Positions 17,494 through 28,002 of a DNA stretch of 64,000 nucleotides are shown piece by piece. Within the stretch, counting starts at the first letter, position 1; each line of letters opens with the position of its first letter. The position numbers were made by a program, and so were the translations under genes. The stretch is from Candidatus Blackburnbacteria bacterium (GTDB lineage Bacteria > Patescibacteriota > Microgenomatia > UBA8517 > UBA10165), in the NCBI GenBank assembly GCA_016183565.1, contig JACPEJ010000001.1:614479-678478 (forward strand), given 5' to 3'. A model generated the notes under the pieces. That model searched no databases and was not told the DNA's origin. It saw only the letters and a program-made list of their open reading frames with translations.

Positions 17494-18057
17494 TTGGTAG
17501 GACAAAAATATACAAAACAAAGGAAGCCGTTCTGGAGAATTAACCAGGCTATTCATGCTCGGGAGTTGAGAGTGATTGGACCGGAGGGTAAACAGCTTGG
17601 TATTTTTACGAGCGAGGAGGCTTTGAGTAAAGCAGAAGAACTCGGATTGGATTTGGTGGAGATTGCCCCACAAGCTACACCTCCTGTTGTTAAGATTATA
17701 GATTTTGCAAAGTTCAGGTACCAAGAAGAAAAGAGGGAAAAAGAAGCACGTAAAAAAGAAAAGCGTGGATCAGAGCAAAAAGAAGTCTGGTTTACTCCTT
17801 TTATGGGAGAAAATGACTATGAAGTACGGCTTTTAAAGGTAAAAGATTTTCTGACAGAAGGACACAAAGTAAGAATTGTGGTTAAATTTACGGGTAGTCA
17901 AATGGCCCATCGGGAATTCGGGTATCAAATGACGACTAGGGTGACAAATGATACAAAAGAGATGGCTGGTATTGATCAGATACCAAAGTTTTTAGGGAAG
18001 CAACTTATTATGACGTTGACGCCAGTAAAGAAGAAGATTGTCAATGAAAAAAACTAA
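17494..18057 (+). CDS. infC: Translation initiation factor IF-3 (true start possibly a non-ATG codon)
   Basis: INQAIHARELRVIGPEGKQLGI...LDLVEIAPQATPPVVKIIDF...KVVKFTG. Confidence 0.85.
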   Translation: MVGQKYTKQRKPFWRINQAIHARELRVIGPEGKQLGIFTSEEALSKAEELGLDLVEIAPQATPPVVKIIDFAKFRYQEEKREKEARKKEKRGSEQKEVWFTPFMGENDYEVRLLKVKDFLTEGHKVRIVVKFTGSQMAHREFGYQMTTRVTNDTKEMAGIDQIPKFLGKQLIMTLTPVKKKIVNEKN

Positions 18058-18247
18058 ATTTAAGCCAAAGAAAGCACTAGTCCGAAGGTTTAAGGTGACA
18101 GGCCGAGGTAAGCTGGTGCGTGATAAAAGTTTTGGTAACCATCTTAGGGCTGGTAAAAGAAAGAGCAGGATCAGAAGATTAAATCAGTCAGCTACTGTAA
18201 CAGGTAAATTCGAGAGGAAGGTAAAACAGATTTTAGGAATAGCGTAA
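18044..18247 (+). CDS. rpmI: 50S ribosomal protein L35
   Basis: MKKTKFKPKKALVRRFKVTGRGKLVR....HLRAGK. Confidence 0.8.
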   Translation: MKKTKFKPKKALVRRFKVTGRGKLVRDKSFGNHLRAGKRKSRIRRLNQSATVTGKFERKVKQILGIA

Positions 18248-18275
18248 AGGGTAAAGCTCAAAGGGAAAAAGTAAT

Positions 18276-18626
18276 ATGGCACGGGCAAAAACTGGAACAA
18301 CTAGACACCAAAGACACAAAAAGATTTTAAAGGCTGCGAAAGGTTTTAGGCAGTCTAGACGAACGCATCACAAAGCTGCAAAGGAAGCGGTTCTTCATGC
18401 GGGTCAGTATGCTTATGCCGGGAGAAAACTTCGAAAAAGAGCGTTTCGTTCTCTCTGGATACAAAGATTAAATATTGCCGCGAGAGAGCATGACCTTTCA
18501 TATAGTAATTTCATTGCTGGTCTCAAGAAAGTTAATATTAGTCTGGACCGCAAAATTCTTGCCGACATTGCTGTCCGCGACCATCGGGTCTTTGAACAAA
18601 TCATAGAGAAAGTGAAGTCTACTTAG
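18276..18626 (+). CDS. rplT: 50S ribosomal protein L20
   Basis: [29 protein letters not shown]... Confidence 0.9.
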   Translation: MARAKTGTTRHQRHKKILKAAKGFRQSRRTHHKAAKEAVLHAGQYAYAGRKLRKRAFRSLWIQRLNIAAREHDLSYSNFIAGLKKVNISLDRKILADIAVRDHRVFEQIIEKVKST

Positions 18627-18722
18627 AGATTATCCTTCAATTGAAATCTTCGTTTATTGCGTCAATTCAAATTCATCATTAAAATAAGAAGGTAGATAAA
18701 AGTAGATGAAGGCGAACTGCAT

Positions 18723-19751
18723 ATGGAAGAGCAAATACAAAACCTAAAAAACCAGGCATTAGCACAGATAATATCATCCGAAACTCCGGAAGATTTGGAG
18801 AGTTTGCGTGTTACATATCTTGGGAGAAATGGACACATAAATAAAATTGTTGAAAAAATACCTACCTTAGAACTTCAACAGCGAGCTGCGATTGGGAGAA
18901 TGGTAAACGATGTAAGGGTTGCTGTAGAAGAGGCTTTGCGTTCGCAATACATTGATTTGACTACTCAGCAAAAAACAGAATGGTTTGATCCAACTGTTCC
19001 TGGTATTATCCCTAAGATAGGTCACTTACATCTTATTACACAGGCAATTGAGGAAATTTCAGAAATTTTTCAAAGAATAGGTTTTGTACGGGTTCGCTAT
19101 CCAGAGGTTGAGTGGGATTGGTTTGCGTTTGAAGCTTTAAATATGCCGAAAAATCATCCTGCTCGTGATGAATGGGAAACGTTTTTTGTTGATACTCCTT
19201 CTCACCTTAGGTATGGTCAAATGGTTTTAACCCCTCATACATCTTCAGGCCAACCACGAGAGATGCAAAGAGTTAAGGTGCCACCTATAAGGATGATAAA
19301 CATTGCGAAGACTTATAGACGACAGTTTGACCAAACACATGCACCGATGTTTCATCAGTTTGAAGGGCTAGTGATTGACAAAGGAATAAATATTACTCAC
19401 CTCAAAGGAACAATTGATCACTTTGCTCGTCAGTTTTATGGTCCGGGTGCAGTATCAAGAATTCGTCCGTTTCATTTTCGCTTCACTGAACCATCTTTTG
19501 AAGTTGATTTTAGTTGTGTACATTGTATGGGTAAAGGGTGTAAGTTTTGCAAAAGTGGTTGGCACGAGGTAGGAGGCGCCGGAATGGTTCATCCTAATGT
19601 ACTTAGAGCAGGAGGAATAGATCCTAAAAAATATACTGGTTTTGCATTTGGGTGGGGAGTGGAAAGAACCCTGCTGTTGAAACCTGGGGTAAATATCAAT
19701 GACATCAGAACGTTATATGGTACTGATTTGAGATATTTGAAACAGTTTTAA
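18723..19751 (+). CDS. pheS: Phenylalanine--tRNA ligase alpha subunit
   Basis: FEALNMPKNHPARDEWETFF ... FGWGVERT. Confidence 0.9.
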   Translation: MEEQIQNLKNQALAQIISSETPEDLESLRVTYLGRNGHINKIVEKIPTLELQQRAAIGRMVNDVRVAVEEALRSQYIDLTTQQKTEWFDPTVPGIIPKIGHLHLITQAIEEISEIFQRIGFVRVRYPEVEWDWFAFEALNMPKNHPARDEWETFFVDTPSHLRYGQMVLTPHTSSGQPREMQRVKVPPIRMINIAKTYRRQFDQTHAPMFHQFEGLVIDKGINITHLKGTIDHFARQFYGPGAVSRIRPFHFRFTEPSFEVDFSCVHCMGKGCKFCKSGWHEVGGAGMVHPNVLRAGGIDPKKYTGFAFGWGVERTLLLKPGVNINDIRTLYGTDLRYLKQF

Positions 19752-21719
19752 ATGGATATTTTAATTCCTGACAATTGGTTGAGAGATTTCTTAAAGACTA
19801 AGGCAACACCTGAGAAGATTGCCAAGTGCCTCTCGTTGGCCGGACCTTCTGTGGAGAAAATTGAAAAATCCGAAAGCATCCTAGTTTATTTGATTGAAGT
19901 GACTACAAATCGCATTGATAGTGCTAGTGTCTATGGCATTGCTCGGGAAGCAGCAGCAATACTTCCTCGTTTTAAGATTCCGGCAGCTCTTCAACCAGTT
20001 AAAGTCGCTAGTAGTCAAAAGTTGGCAGGAACCGTCGATTATTTGAGCGTTAAGGTGGACCCTGTTCTTTGTAAAAGATTTACTGCGATTTTAATACATG
20101 ACGTTAAAGTTGGTCCTTCTCCGAAACATATCCAAGAAAGATTAAGTGCTGTTGGTATAAGACCGATTAATAATATTGTTGATATTTCCAATTATCTTAT
20201 GCAGGAACTTGGGCAACCAACTCACACTTTTGATTATGACAAGATCAAAGGAGCAAGGATGGTGCTTCGAGCCTCTAAACCTGGAGAAAAAATAACAACT
20301 TTGGACGGGAAAACTCATGAGTTATCTGGGGATGATATTGTAATAGAAGATGGCGGAGGAAGACTGGTTGATCTTGCTGGGATAATGGGCGGGGGGAATT
20401 CAGCTATCGATCCTCACACTCGCAATGTTCTTTTGTTTGTACAGCATTATAACCCTATTAATATAAGACGAACTTCGATGCGTCTTTCTCACAGAACACA
20501 AGCTGCGGCGCTTTTTGAAAAGGGACTTGATCCAGAAAACATTGAGCTAACTGTCCGCCGAGGCATTGACCTTTTTGTGGAGTTAGCCGGAGGCAAACCT
20601 GCAAAGACGATTTTTGATATTTATCCGAAGGCGTACAAACCAAAAGTCATTTCAACAAGGGTTGGTTTTATTGAAGAGAGATTGGGTACCAAAATTCTTA
20701 AAAAAGATATAACAAGGTATCTTCTTGCCTTAGGGTTTGGTGTTCGTACAATGGGCAACGCTATTACGGTTTCAGTGCCATCGTTTCGAGCCGAGGATAT
20801 AAATTTACCCGAAGACATAGTTGAAGAAGTTGCTAGAATTTATGGTTATCATAATTTACCGAGTGCACTTATGATGGGTGCGTTGCCTGAGAAATTGCAT
20901 AATTCTCCTTTTGATTTTGAAAAAAGAATAAAAGATCTAGAGAAGACACTGGGGGCAATAGAAGTTTACACTTCATCTTTGGTTTCCAAAGAACTTGTGA
21001 GCCTGCAAGACGTTTCACCGCGTGCATTAAAGCTTAAAAATCCACTTGGTAAAGAGTCCGAATATTTAAGATCGTCTCTTGCTCCTTCTTTAGTTCAAGT
21101 TGCAAAGAGGGTTGGTGAAAAAGAACCATTCCATATTTTTGAAATTGCTAATGTTTACCTTTCACCAGGAAAACAGAGTTTGCCAGATGAGAAGATGACT
21201 TTGGGAGGAGTTTTTTTCAATTACAGTTGGCGGGAAGCTCGTGGAATCGTAGAAACAATTTTGCGAAATTTTTCTATACAGGCAGAATTTGAACCTGAGA
21301 ATTCAATGGGGTTTTTACTGAATCATAGGCTTACTATAAATGTAGGCAAAGATAATATCGGCGAGTTTGGGACTCTTGAAGGCAGGGGCTTGGTTTACTA
21401 TGAATTTGATGTTGAATCTTTGAGAACTTTTGCTAAGTTAATCCCCGGTTATCAACCGGAACCAAAATATCCGCCACAAATTGAGGACATAACTTTGTTG
21501 CTGCCATCAAAAATCTATATCGGGCCTGTGATAGAAAATATCAGGAAAACAAACAATATTGCATCGGTTGAATTAGTTGATAATTATCAAAATACCGTAA
21601 CTTTAAGGGTTACTTACCAAGACTCTAATAAGACAATGACTGATAAGGAAGTACAAACTATACGAGAAAAAATACTTCAAGTTTTAGATAAAAAGTTTGG
21701 AATTAATATAAAGGATTAA
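19752..21719 (+). CDS. pheT: Phenylalanine--tRNA ligase beta subunit (short form)
   Basis: The gene immediately follows pheS. It has B3/4 and B5 domain patterns. At 655 aa it is shorter than the canonical ~800 aa. Confidence 0.85.
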   Translation: MDILIPDNWLRDFLKTKATPEKIAKCLSLAGPSVEKIEKSESILVYLIEVTTNRIDSASVYGIAREAAAILPRFKIPAALQPVKVASSQKLAGTVDYLSVKVDPVLCKRFTAILIHDVKVGPSPKHIQERLSAVGIRPINNIVDISNYLMQELGQPTHTFDYDKIKGARMVLRASKPGEKITTLDGKTHELSGDDIVIEDGGGRLVDLAGIMGGGNSAIDPHTRNVLLFVQHYNPINIRRTSMRLSHRTQAAALFEKGLDPENIELTVRRGIDLFVELAGGKPAKTIFDIYPKAYKPKVISTRVGFIEERLGTKILKKDITRYLLALGFGVRTMGNAITVSVPSFRAEDINLPEDIVEEVARIYGYHNLPSALMMGALPEKLHNSPFDFEKRIKDLEKTLGAIEVYTSSLVSKELVSLQDVSPRALKLKNPLGKESEYLRSSLAPSLVQVAKRVGEKEPFHIFEIANVYLSPGKQSLPDEKMTLGGVFFNYSWREARGIVETILRNFSIQAEFEPENSMGFLLNHRLTINVGKDNIGEFGTLEGRGLVYYEFDVESLRTFAKLIPGYQPEPKYPPQIEDITLLLPSKIYIGPVIENIRKTNNIASVELVDNYQNTVTLRVTYQDSNKTMTDKEVQTIREKILQVLDKKFGINIKD

Positions 21720-24296
21720 TCAGGGTGTAGGAGTAGGGGTGGGGGTAGTTGAATAGTTCCAGGGCACACTTACTCCGATTGTAATTTTTCGATCAGATTG
21801 ATTTCCTTTCTCGTCTCTTGCTCGCGCTACTAAATTGTAGACTCCAGTTTTAACATTCCTAAATTCCTGTTTCCAGGGTTTCGAGGTTAACAAATATCTT
21901 TGTCCGTCAAATTCTAATTCTACTTGAGTTACGTTAGATGTGGACTTTGCGTCAACCCGTACTTCAAAGTTATTTGAATTTACTTGCTCATGATCTTTTG
22001 GTGTAACAAATTCTACATTAACCGGATTGGCAGAACCACAGTATTCGCTTGGTGATCTGTATAGCTCATCGGTTTGTGTATTCATCCAATCCAAAATTCC
22101 CTTTTGCCAACGGTTTTCCTCGCTAGACTTTGCAAAGGGATCTTCTTCTTTGAAAACGAAGTATTCTTTTTCTTCGTAGTCTCCTGCTGCGACTTGAGAA
22201 GGAGTTGCTAATTTTCCTTCGCCTTTGCATAATTTTAATCTTGTATGCACAGGGTCTTCGCCGGTTGGTTCTGTTCCTTTTATAAAGTACTCCATACGAG
22301 AAGGATATCCATCATGTGATTTATATCCTGAAATTTTGTCTACCTCTCCTGTAATAACGTTTTCCGGCATTGTAAAGTTTGTATTTGGCTTACCAGAAAG
22401 TGCTTCAGTTGTAATTCTTCGCCAAATAGGGGAAGCTCCTGTAATACCTGATGCAACTTTTTTCATTTGGCTGTTGTCGTTATTACCAACCCAAACACCA
22501 ACAACAACTTGCGGTGTCCATCCCATTGTCCAGTTATCCCGCTGGTCATTTGTAGTTCCAGTTTTTACAGCAACAGTATGTCCAGGAATAACCAGGGCAG
22601 ATCGGGTTCCAAATACGTCTGCACGGGCTTCGTTGTCTGACAAAATATTAGATATAATAAAAGCTTCTCCTTCCCCAAGAACTCTTCGTCCCTTTTCTTC
22701 TTTGTACTCTTCAAGTACCTTTCCTTTTTGATCCTCTACCTTAAGAATCGAAACAGGTTCAAATCTTAAACCCCCGTTTGCGAACGCTCCGTAAGCAGAA
22801 GTCATGTCAAGTAAACGAATTTCTCCACCTCCTAGGGTTACTGACAATCCAAAACGATTCATGTTCTCTTTTGTTGGCTCCAGAGTTTTAAATCCTAGAT
22901 CATAGGCAGTTGATAACATATCTTTGACTCCCACTAGAGCTAACATTTTAACAGCAGGAATATTTAGAGAATTCCCCAATGCGAAACGCACTTGAACTGG
23001 GCCTCTGTGTTTGTCGTCGTAGTTGACCGGCTCATAATCTGGTTGGCCTTCGCCCCCAGGAAATGTTGTGGGAGCATCCATAAGGAGTGTTGCGGCGGTA
23101 TATCCCTTTTTTAGGGCAGTAGCATACGTAACAGGTTTAATGGCGGAACCAGGTTGACGCAGAGAAAGTGTGACATTTACCTGTCCGTCGTAATCTTCTG
23201 CTGTAAAATCCTTGGAGCCAACCATTGCTAGTATTTCACCTGTTTGAGGATTAACTACAACAGAGGCGCCGTTTGTGATGTGGAGTGATTCAACTTTGGC
23301 TATCTCCTCAGCTATAATTTGTTGTGCTTTTTCTTGGAGTGTCCAGTCTAAAGTTGTGATTATTTTTAACCCTCCTTGTTCAACAGTTGCTTGGCCATAT
23401 CTCTCCTCAAGAAGGCCTTGTACATAGGTAACAAAATGTGGGGCTTTTAGGGAGGCTCCTCGCCCAACAAATTTAACATTATTGAGTTCTCTTTTGGCTT
23501 CCTCTTCTTGTTCTTTGGTTATATATCCATCCTCTCTCATTCGGCGCAAAACATGTTCCGATCTGCCCACGTAGGCTTGTTGATCTGTACCGTAGGGAGA
23601 ATATTTACTAGGCCTTTGTGGCAAACCTGCAAGGATTGCAGCTTCTACAAGAGTTAAATCTTTAACGTTTTTCCCAAAATAAACTTCGGAGGCTGCTTGA
23701 ACACCCCAAGCTGTACCTCCATAGGGCGCTTCGTTCAAATACATATTCAAAATCTCATCTTTTTTGTATTTGCGCTCTATTTGAATAGATAGAATAAATT
23801 CTTTGATTTTCCGAGGTAGTGTGCGTTCTGAGGTAAGAAGTACATTTTTGACTAGTTGTTGTGTTAGAGTTGATCCTCCTTGAAGTTTTCTGTAGATAAT
23901 GATATTCCAGATAGCACGAACCATTCCCGTGGGGTCGAATCCTCCATGCTTGTAGAAATTTTTGTCTTCAACTGCAATTGTTGCTTGTTTTAGATACTGC
24001 GGTACGTCTTCAAGTTTTACAGGTGTCCTACGCTGAGTTAAGTAAAGATCATAAAGCAGGACTTCGTTTCGGTCATATATTTTTGTTGAGAAACCTTCCC
24101 GTCGAACAACTTTGTCGGGTGAGGGGAGACCGAAAGCAAAAAGGGGGAAGATTATAAGTGAAAATACAAAAAGGCCAATTACGCCTACAAAAAAGAGAAC
24201 GGCGATTCTATGTAGAAGATGAGCTCTTCCGCGTACTGGTCGTCTACTGTGAGCGAAATCGTGTCTTCTGTGTTTGAGGGAAGATCTCCAGGCCAT
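21720..24296 (-). CDS. Class A penicillin-binding protein (bifunctional glycosyltransferase/transpeptidase, PBP1A)
   Basis: GT51 motifs (EDKNFYKHGGFD, QGGSTLTQQLVKN), transpeptidase SxxK (GSAIKP), and a C-terminal extension ending in PTPTPTP. Confidence 0.85.
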   Translation of the reverse strand: MAWRSSLKHRRHDFAHSRRPVRGRAHLLHRIAVLFFVGVIGLFVFSLIIFPLFAFGLPSPDKVVRREGFSTKIYDRNEVLLYDLYLTQRRTPVKLEDVPQYLKQATIAVEDKNFYKHGGFDPTGMVRAIWNIIIYRKLQGGSTLTQQLVKNVLLTSERTLPRKIKEFILSIQIERKYKKDEILNMYLNEAPYGGTAWGVQAASEVYFGKNVKDLTLVEAAILAGLPQRPSKYSPYGTDQQAYVGRSEHVLRRMREDGYITKEQEEEAKRELNNVKFVGRGASLKAPHFVTYVQGLLEERYGQATVEQGGLKIITTLDWTLQEKAQQIIAEEIAKVESLHITNGASVVVNPQTGEILAMVGSKDFTAEDYDGQVNVTLSLRQPGSAIKPVTYATALKKGYTAATLLMDAPTTFPGGEGQPDYEPVNYDDKHRGPVQVRFALGNSLNIPAVKMLALVGVKDMLSTAYDLGFKTLEPTKENMNRFGLSVTLGGGEIRLLDMTSAYGAFANGGLRFEPVSILKVEDQKGKVLEEYKEEKGRRVLGEGEAFIISNILSDNEARADVFGTRSALVIPGHTVAVKTGTTNDQRDNWTMGWTPQVVVGVWVGNNDNSQMKKVASGITGASPIWRRITTEALSGKPNTNFTMPENVITGEVDKISGYKSHDGYPSRMEYFIKGTEPTGEDPVHTRLKLCKGEGKLATPSQVAAGDYEEKEYFVFKEEDPFAKSSEENRWQKGILDWMNTQTDELYRSPSEYCGSANPVNVEFVTPKDHEQVNSNNFEVRVDAKSTSNVTQVELEFDGQRYLLTSKPWKQEFRNVKTGVYNLVARARDEKGNQSDRKITIGVSVPWNYSTTPTPTPTP

Positions 24297-24405
24297 CTAA
24301 GGAAAAAGTATATCAAAGATACAGATAAAGATATAGAGTAGGAAGTATGAAGAAGATATGGGTGCAAACCGGAGTCAAATAGTTATATAATTAGATCAAC
24401 AGACT

Positions 24406-25590
24406 ATGGATATCAACAACTTGCTTTCTCGAAACATAGCAGAAATTCTACCAACTAAGGAAGAGTTTCGAAAAAGACTTGATGCTGGCCCCATCAAAAT
24501 TTATTTAGGGATTGATCCTTCGGCAAATCAAATACACATTGGCAATGCAGTTGTTTTGTGGAAACTACGAGATTTTCAAGATGCGGGCCACAAGGTAATT
24601 CTTTTGATCGGAGACTTCACTGGAATGATTGGAGACCCTACGGACAAATCTGCTACTCGAAAAAAGTTAACCCGAGAAGATGTATTGGAAAATGCAAAAA
24701 CATACAAGGAGCAGGTTTCAAAAATTTTAAGTTTTGAGGGAGAAAATCCAGCAGAGTTTACTTTTAACAGTGAATGGTTGGCGAAGTTAAGTTTTTCAGA
24801 TGTTGTTGAGTTGGCTTCATTTGTTACAGTTCAACAGATGTTGGAACGGGACTTTTTCCAGGTGAGAATTAAAGAAAATAAACCGATTCATTTGCATGAA
24901 TTTTTATATCCATTGATGCAAGGTTATGATTCAGTCGCAATGGGTGTTGATGCAGAAATCGGTGGTACTGACCAGACATTTAATATGTTGGTTGGAAGGA
25001 CTTTAATTAAAGCGATTAAGAACAAAGATAAGTTTGTGGTTACAGTTCCACTTCTTGAGGGGTTGGATGGAAGAAAAATGAGTAAGTCTTTTGGGAACTA
25101 CATTGGTCTAACAGATACACCTGAAGATATGTTTGGTAAAGTAATGAGTCTGTGTGATGATCTTCTTTCTAAATATTTTGAGTTGGCAACAAGATTGACT
25201 GACGAGGAAGTACAGAAGACAAAGGACGCGCTTCAATCAAATGAATTGCATCCAATGGAGGCTAAGAAGCGATTGGCTTGGGAGATTGTTGCTCTTTATC
25301 ATAGTAAAGAAGAAGCAGATGGGGCACAAAAGGAATTTGAGGAAGTTTTCCAAAAAGGTGGGGTTCCGGAAGATGTAAGAGCATACAATGCAAAGGATAA
25401 AATGATTGATCTTGTAGAAGTTCTTGTCGAGACACAACTGGTAACCAGCAAATCTGAGGCACGTCGACTTGTTGAACAAGGTGGTCTGGAGTGGAATGGA
25501 GAAAAAGTAACCAGTCCTCAGATTGCAGTAGAAACAGACGGAATGCTCAGAGTAGGCAAACACCGTTTTCTTAAAATTGAAGCAACATAG
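24406..25590 (+). CDS. tyrS: Tyrosine--tRNA ligase
   Basis: HIGN (HIGH) motif, KMSKS motif, and a C-terminal S4 domain. Confidence 0.9.
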   Translation: MDINNLLSRNIAEILPTKEEFRKRLDAGPIKIYLGIDPSANQIHIGNAVVLWKLRDFQDAGHKVILLIGDFTGMIGDPTDKSATRKKLTREDVLENAKTYKEQVSKILSFEGENPAEFTFNSEWLAKLSFSDVVELASFVTVQQMLERDFFQVRIKENKPIHLHEFLYPLMQGYDSVAMGVDAEIGGTDQTFNMLVGRTLIKAIKNKDKFVVTVPLLEGLDGRKMSKSFGNYIGLTDTPEDMFGKVMSLCDDLLSKYFELATRLTDEEVQKTKDALQSNELHPMEAKKRLAWEIVALYHSKEEADGAQKEFEEVFQKGGVPEDVRAYNAKDKMIDLVEVLVETQLVTSKSEARRLVEQGGLEWNGEKVTSPQIAVETDGMLRVGKHRFLKIEAT

Positions 25591-25600
25591 TAACCTTAGA

Positions 25601-25638
25601 CCCGATGTGCAAAGCTATTCCACTCCCGATGTGGAATG
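25601..25638 (+). repeat. REP-like element, copy d
   Basis: CCCGATGTGCAAAGCTATTCCACTCCCGATGTGGAATGG. Confidence 0.8.
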
Positions 25639-25798
25639 GAAAGTAACTGATGAATTTGACACGAAAGCAAAAATTAATTCTTAAGATTCTTGCCCTTATT
25701 GCAGGGCTGGCATTGGTTCTCAGCTCTCTTCTTTATCCTCTTTTGTATATTCGTTAATTATACCTTGGATCACACCTAGATGTTATACTTTCCTTGCC

Positions 25799-27865
25799 AT
25801 GAAGCTTGCTGATCCGGTGGATACTATCCCTTTTGTTGGGCCAGGTTATGCATGGAGATTGAAAAAGCTTGGTGTAAATACTGTTAAGGATCTTTTGTAT
25901 CATATTCCAAATCGCTATCAAGATTTCTCTTTGCTTTCAAATATAAGTACGCTTCAGCCCGGAGAGGAAGTTACAATCCAGGGACAAATACTTTCAATTG
26001 AGAACATTTATACAAGGAAAAGAATAGTTATACAGCGGGCGCAAGTTTCGGATGGAGAAGGAGTTATTGAAGCAACATGGTTTAACCAACCTTTTTTGGT
26101 TAAAAATTTACCTCCTGGGACAATGGTTTCTTTGTCGGGGAAGGTTAAGGCTTCTGGTTCTCGTAGATCTCTTGTTTCGCCGGAGTATGAGAAACTACGA
26201 ACTACTAACTACGCCTTTCCGAAGGAAACATCTTTACTACGAACTGGTGACACTGTTCATACGGGTCGTTTGGTACCTATCTATCCTGAGACTGAGGGTC
26301 TTTCATCAAAGTGGTTGCGCTCAAAAATATCACATACTCTGCCTAGGGTCATTGAGGAAATATCTGAATATCTTCCGGAGGAACTTTTGGCAAGGTTTAA
26401 ACTAATTAGTCTTCAGGATGCTATTAAGAAAGTCCATTACCCAAAGAGTTTAGAAGAAGCTTTGGAGGGAAGGAGAAGATTGGCATTTGACGAGCTTTTG
26501 GAATACCAGTTAAAAAGTTTGATTCGTAAAAACGAATGGAAAGAAAAAAAGCTTTCGCATAAACTTTTGGTAAATCAAGAAAAAATGCTCCAGTTTATAA
26601 ACAGTTTGCCTTTTAATTTAACAGATTCACAGAGAAGATCTGGCCGAGAAATTTTAAGGGATTTAAAAAAGAGCCAACCTATGAACAGGTTATTGGAAGG
26701 AGATGTGGGTTCTGGAAAAACTGTTGTTGCAGCACTTGCTTGTTACATGGCGGTTCAAAACGGATTTCAGGCAACGTTTATGGCTCCAACACAGATTCTT
26801 GCTTCGCAGCATTACGTCACGTTGAATAGTATACTTGGACCTCTTGGTGTGAGTGTAGGGTTGGTTACTGGAGGGAGGCGAAAAGCGAAAAGCGAAAAGC
26901 GAAAAAAAATTGACGTGTTAGTCGGAACTCATGCTCTCGTCCAGAAAAGTGTCACGTTTGAAAACCTCGGATTAGTCGTAATTGACGAGCAACACAGATT
27001 TGGGGTAGCCCAACGAGCCATCCTCACACAAAAGGGCAGTGGTGGATTTTCTCCTCATGTTCTTACAATGACCGCAACCCCAATTCCCAGAACTGTTGCT
27101 TTAACTATTTATGGCGACCTTGATCTTTCAACTCTTGATGAGCTGCCAAAAGGCAGATTAAACATAAAAACGTGGGTTGTTCCACCTCAAAAAAGAGAAG
27201 GTGCTTACGATTGGATCAGAAAGCACGTTAAAGACACTGATGAACAGGCTTTTATAGTTTGTCCACTTATTGAAGAGTCAGAAAAGGAAACCATGAAGGC
27301 AGTTAGGGCAGCAACTGCTGAGTTTGAAATGTTATCTAGGAAAGTTTTTCCGGACCTGCGTTTGGGTCTCCTTCACGGCAAGGTGGGACTTTCGGAAAAG
27401 GATGAGATTATGAGAAAGATGCAAGGGGGAGAGATAGATATTCTTGTTGCAACACCGGTTGTGGAGGTTGGAATTGATATTTCAAATGCGACTATTATGA
27501 TGATTGAGGCAGCAGAAAGGTTTGGTCTTGCACAACTTCATCAATTGCGAGGGAGGGTGGGTCGTGGTGCAAAACAATCTTATTGCCTTCTTTTTTCCGG
27601 ATCATCTTCACCTCAAGTTGTGATGCGTCTTAAGTCACTTGAAAAAACTATGTCAGGACGAGAACTGGCGGAGATTGACTTGAAGATGCGGGGGATGGGG
27701 GAACTTTATGGGACTTTACAGCATGGTTTTCCGGAGTTGAAAATTGCATCTTTTATGGATACTGAACTTATAAAGGCTACTCGTTTCGCTGCCGAGTGGC
27801 TCGTTGAACAGAAGGCAGACCTTTCAAGATTCCTTTCAGGCTCTGAGATCGTGGTGCCCAATTAG
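25799..27865 (+). CDS. recG: ATP-dependent DNA helicase RecG
   Basis: Wedge domain; helicase motifs GDVGSGKT and DEQHRFGV; C-terminal QLRGRVGRG. Contains a (GCGAAAA)4 repeat at 26881-26908. Confidence 0.9.
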   Translation: MKLADPVDTIPFVGPGYAWRLKKLGVNTVKDLLYHIPNRYQDFSLLSNISTLQPGEEVTIQGQILSIENIYTRKRIVIQRAQVSDGEGVIEATWFNQPFLVKNLPPGTMVSLSGKVKASGSRRSLVSPEYEKLRTTNYAFPKETSLLRTGDTVHTGRLVPIYPETEGLSSKWLRSKISHTLPRVIEEISEYLPEELLARFKLISLQDAIKKVHYPKSLEEALEGRRRLAFDELLEYQLKSLIRKNEWKEKKLSHKLLVNQEKMLQFINSLPFNLTDSQRRSGREILRDLKKSQPMNRLLEGDVGSGKTVVAALACYMAVQNGFQATFMAPTQILASQHYVTLNSILGPLGVSVGLVTGGRRKAKSEKRKKIDVLVGTHALVQKSVTFENLGLVVIDEQHRFGVAQRAILTQKGSGGFSPHVLTMTATPIPRTVALTIYGDLDLSTLDELPKGRLNIKTWVVPPQKREGAYDWIRKHVKDTDEQAFIVCPLIEESEKETMKAVRAATAEFEMLSRKVFPDLRLGLLHGKVGLSEKDEIMRKMQGGEIDILVATPVVEVGIDISNATIMMIEAAERFGLAQLHQLRGRVGRGAKQSYCLLFSGSSSPQVVMRLKSLEKTMSGRELAEIDLKMRGMGELYGTLQHGFPELKIASFMDTELIKATRFAAEWLVEQKADLSRFLSGSEIVVPN
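26881..26908. repeat. Heptanucleotide tandem repeat (GCGAAAA) x4 inside the recG CDS
   Basis: gcgaaaagcgaaaagcgaaaagcgaaaa encodes RKAKSEKRK. Confidence 0.85.
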
Positions 27866-27915
27866 TGGAATTACTGAGGTACAAACCTAACTTCGCAGAA
27901 GTCAATGTTCTGGCG

Positions 27916-27948
27916 AAGCCAGGTTCTTATTCCACCTCCCGAGTGGAA
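27916..27948 (+). repeat. REP-like element, copy e (divergent 5' half)
   Basis: GAAGCCAGGTTCTTATTCCACCTCCCGAGTGGAA. Confidence 0.65.
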
Positions 27949-28002
27949 ACATATATCTTCTCAAATTTGACTTCTGTGTTTTTACTATATAGAATACTGC
28001 AA

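Noticed and set aside
22225-22731. 168-aa antisense ORF inside the PBP1A gene
   Set aside because: Shadow ORF opposite conserved transpeptidase motifs.
25650-25748. 33-codon hydrophobic mini-ORF between REP copy d and recG
   Set aside because: Below a reliable size threshold and lacking a convincing RBS. Noted only as a possible small membrane peptide.
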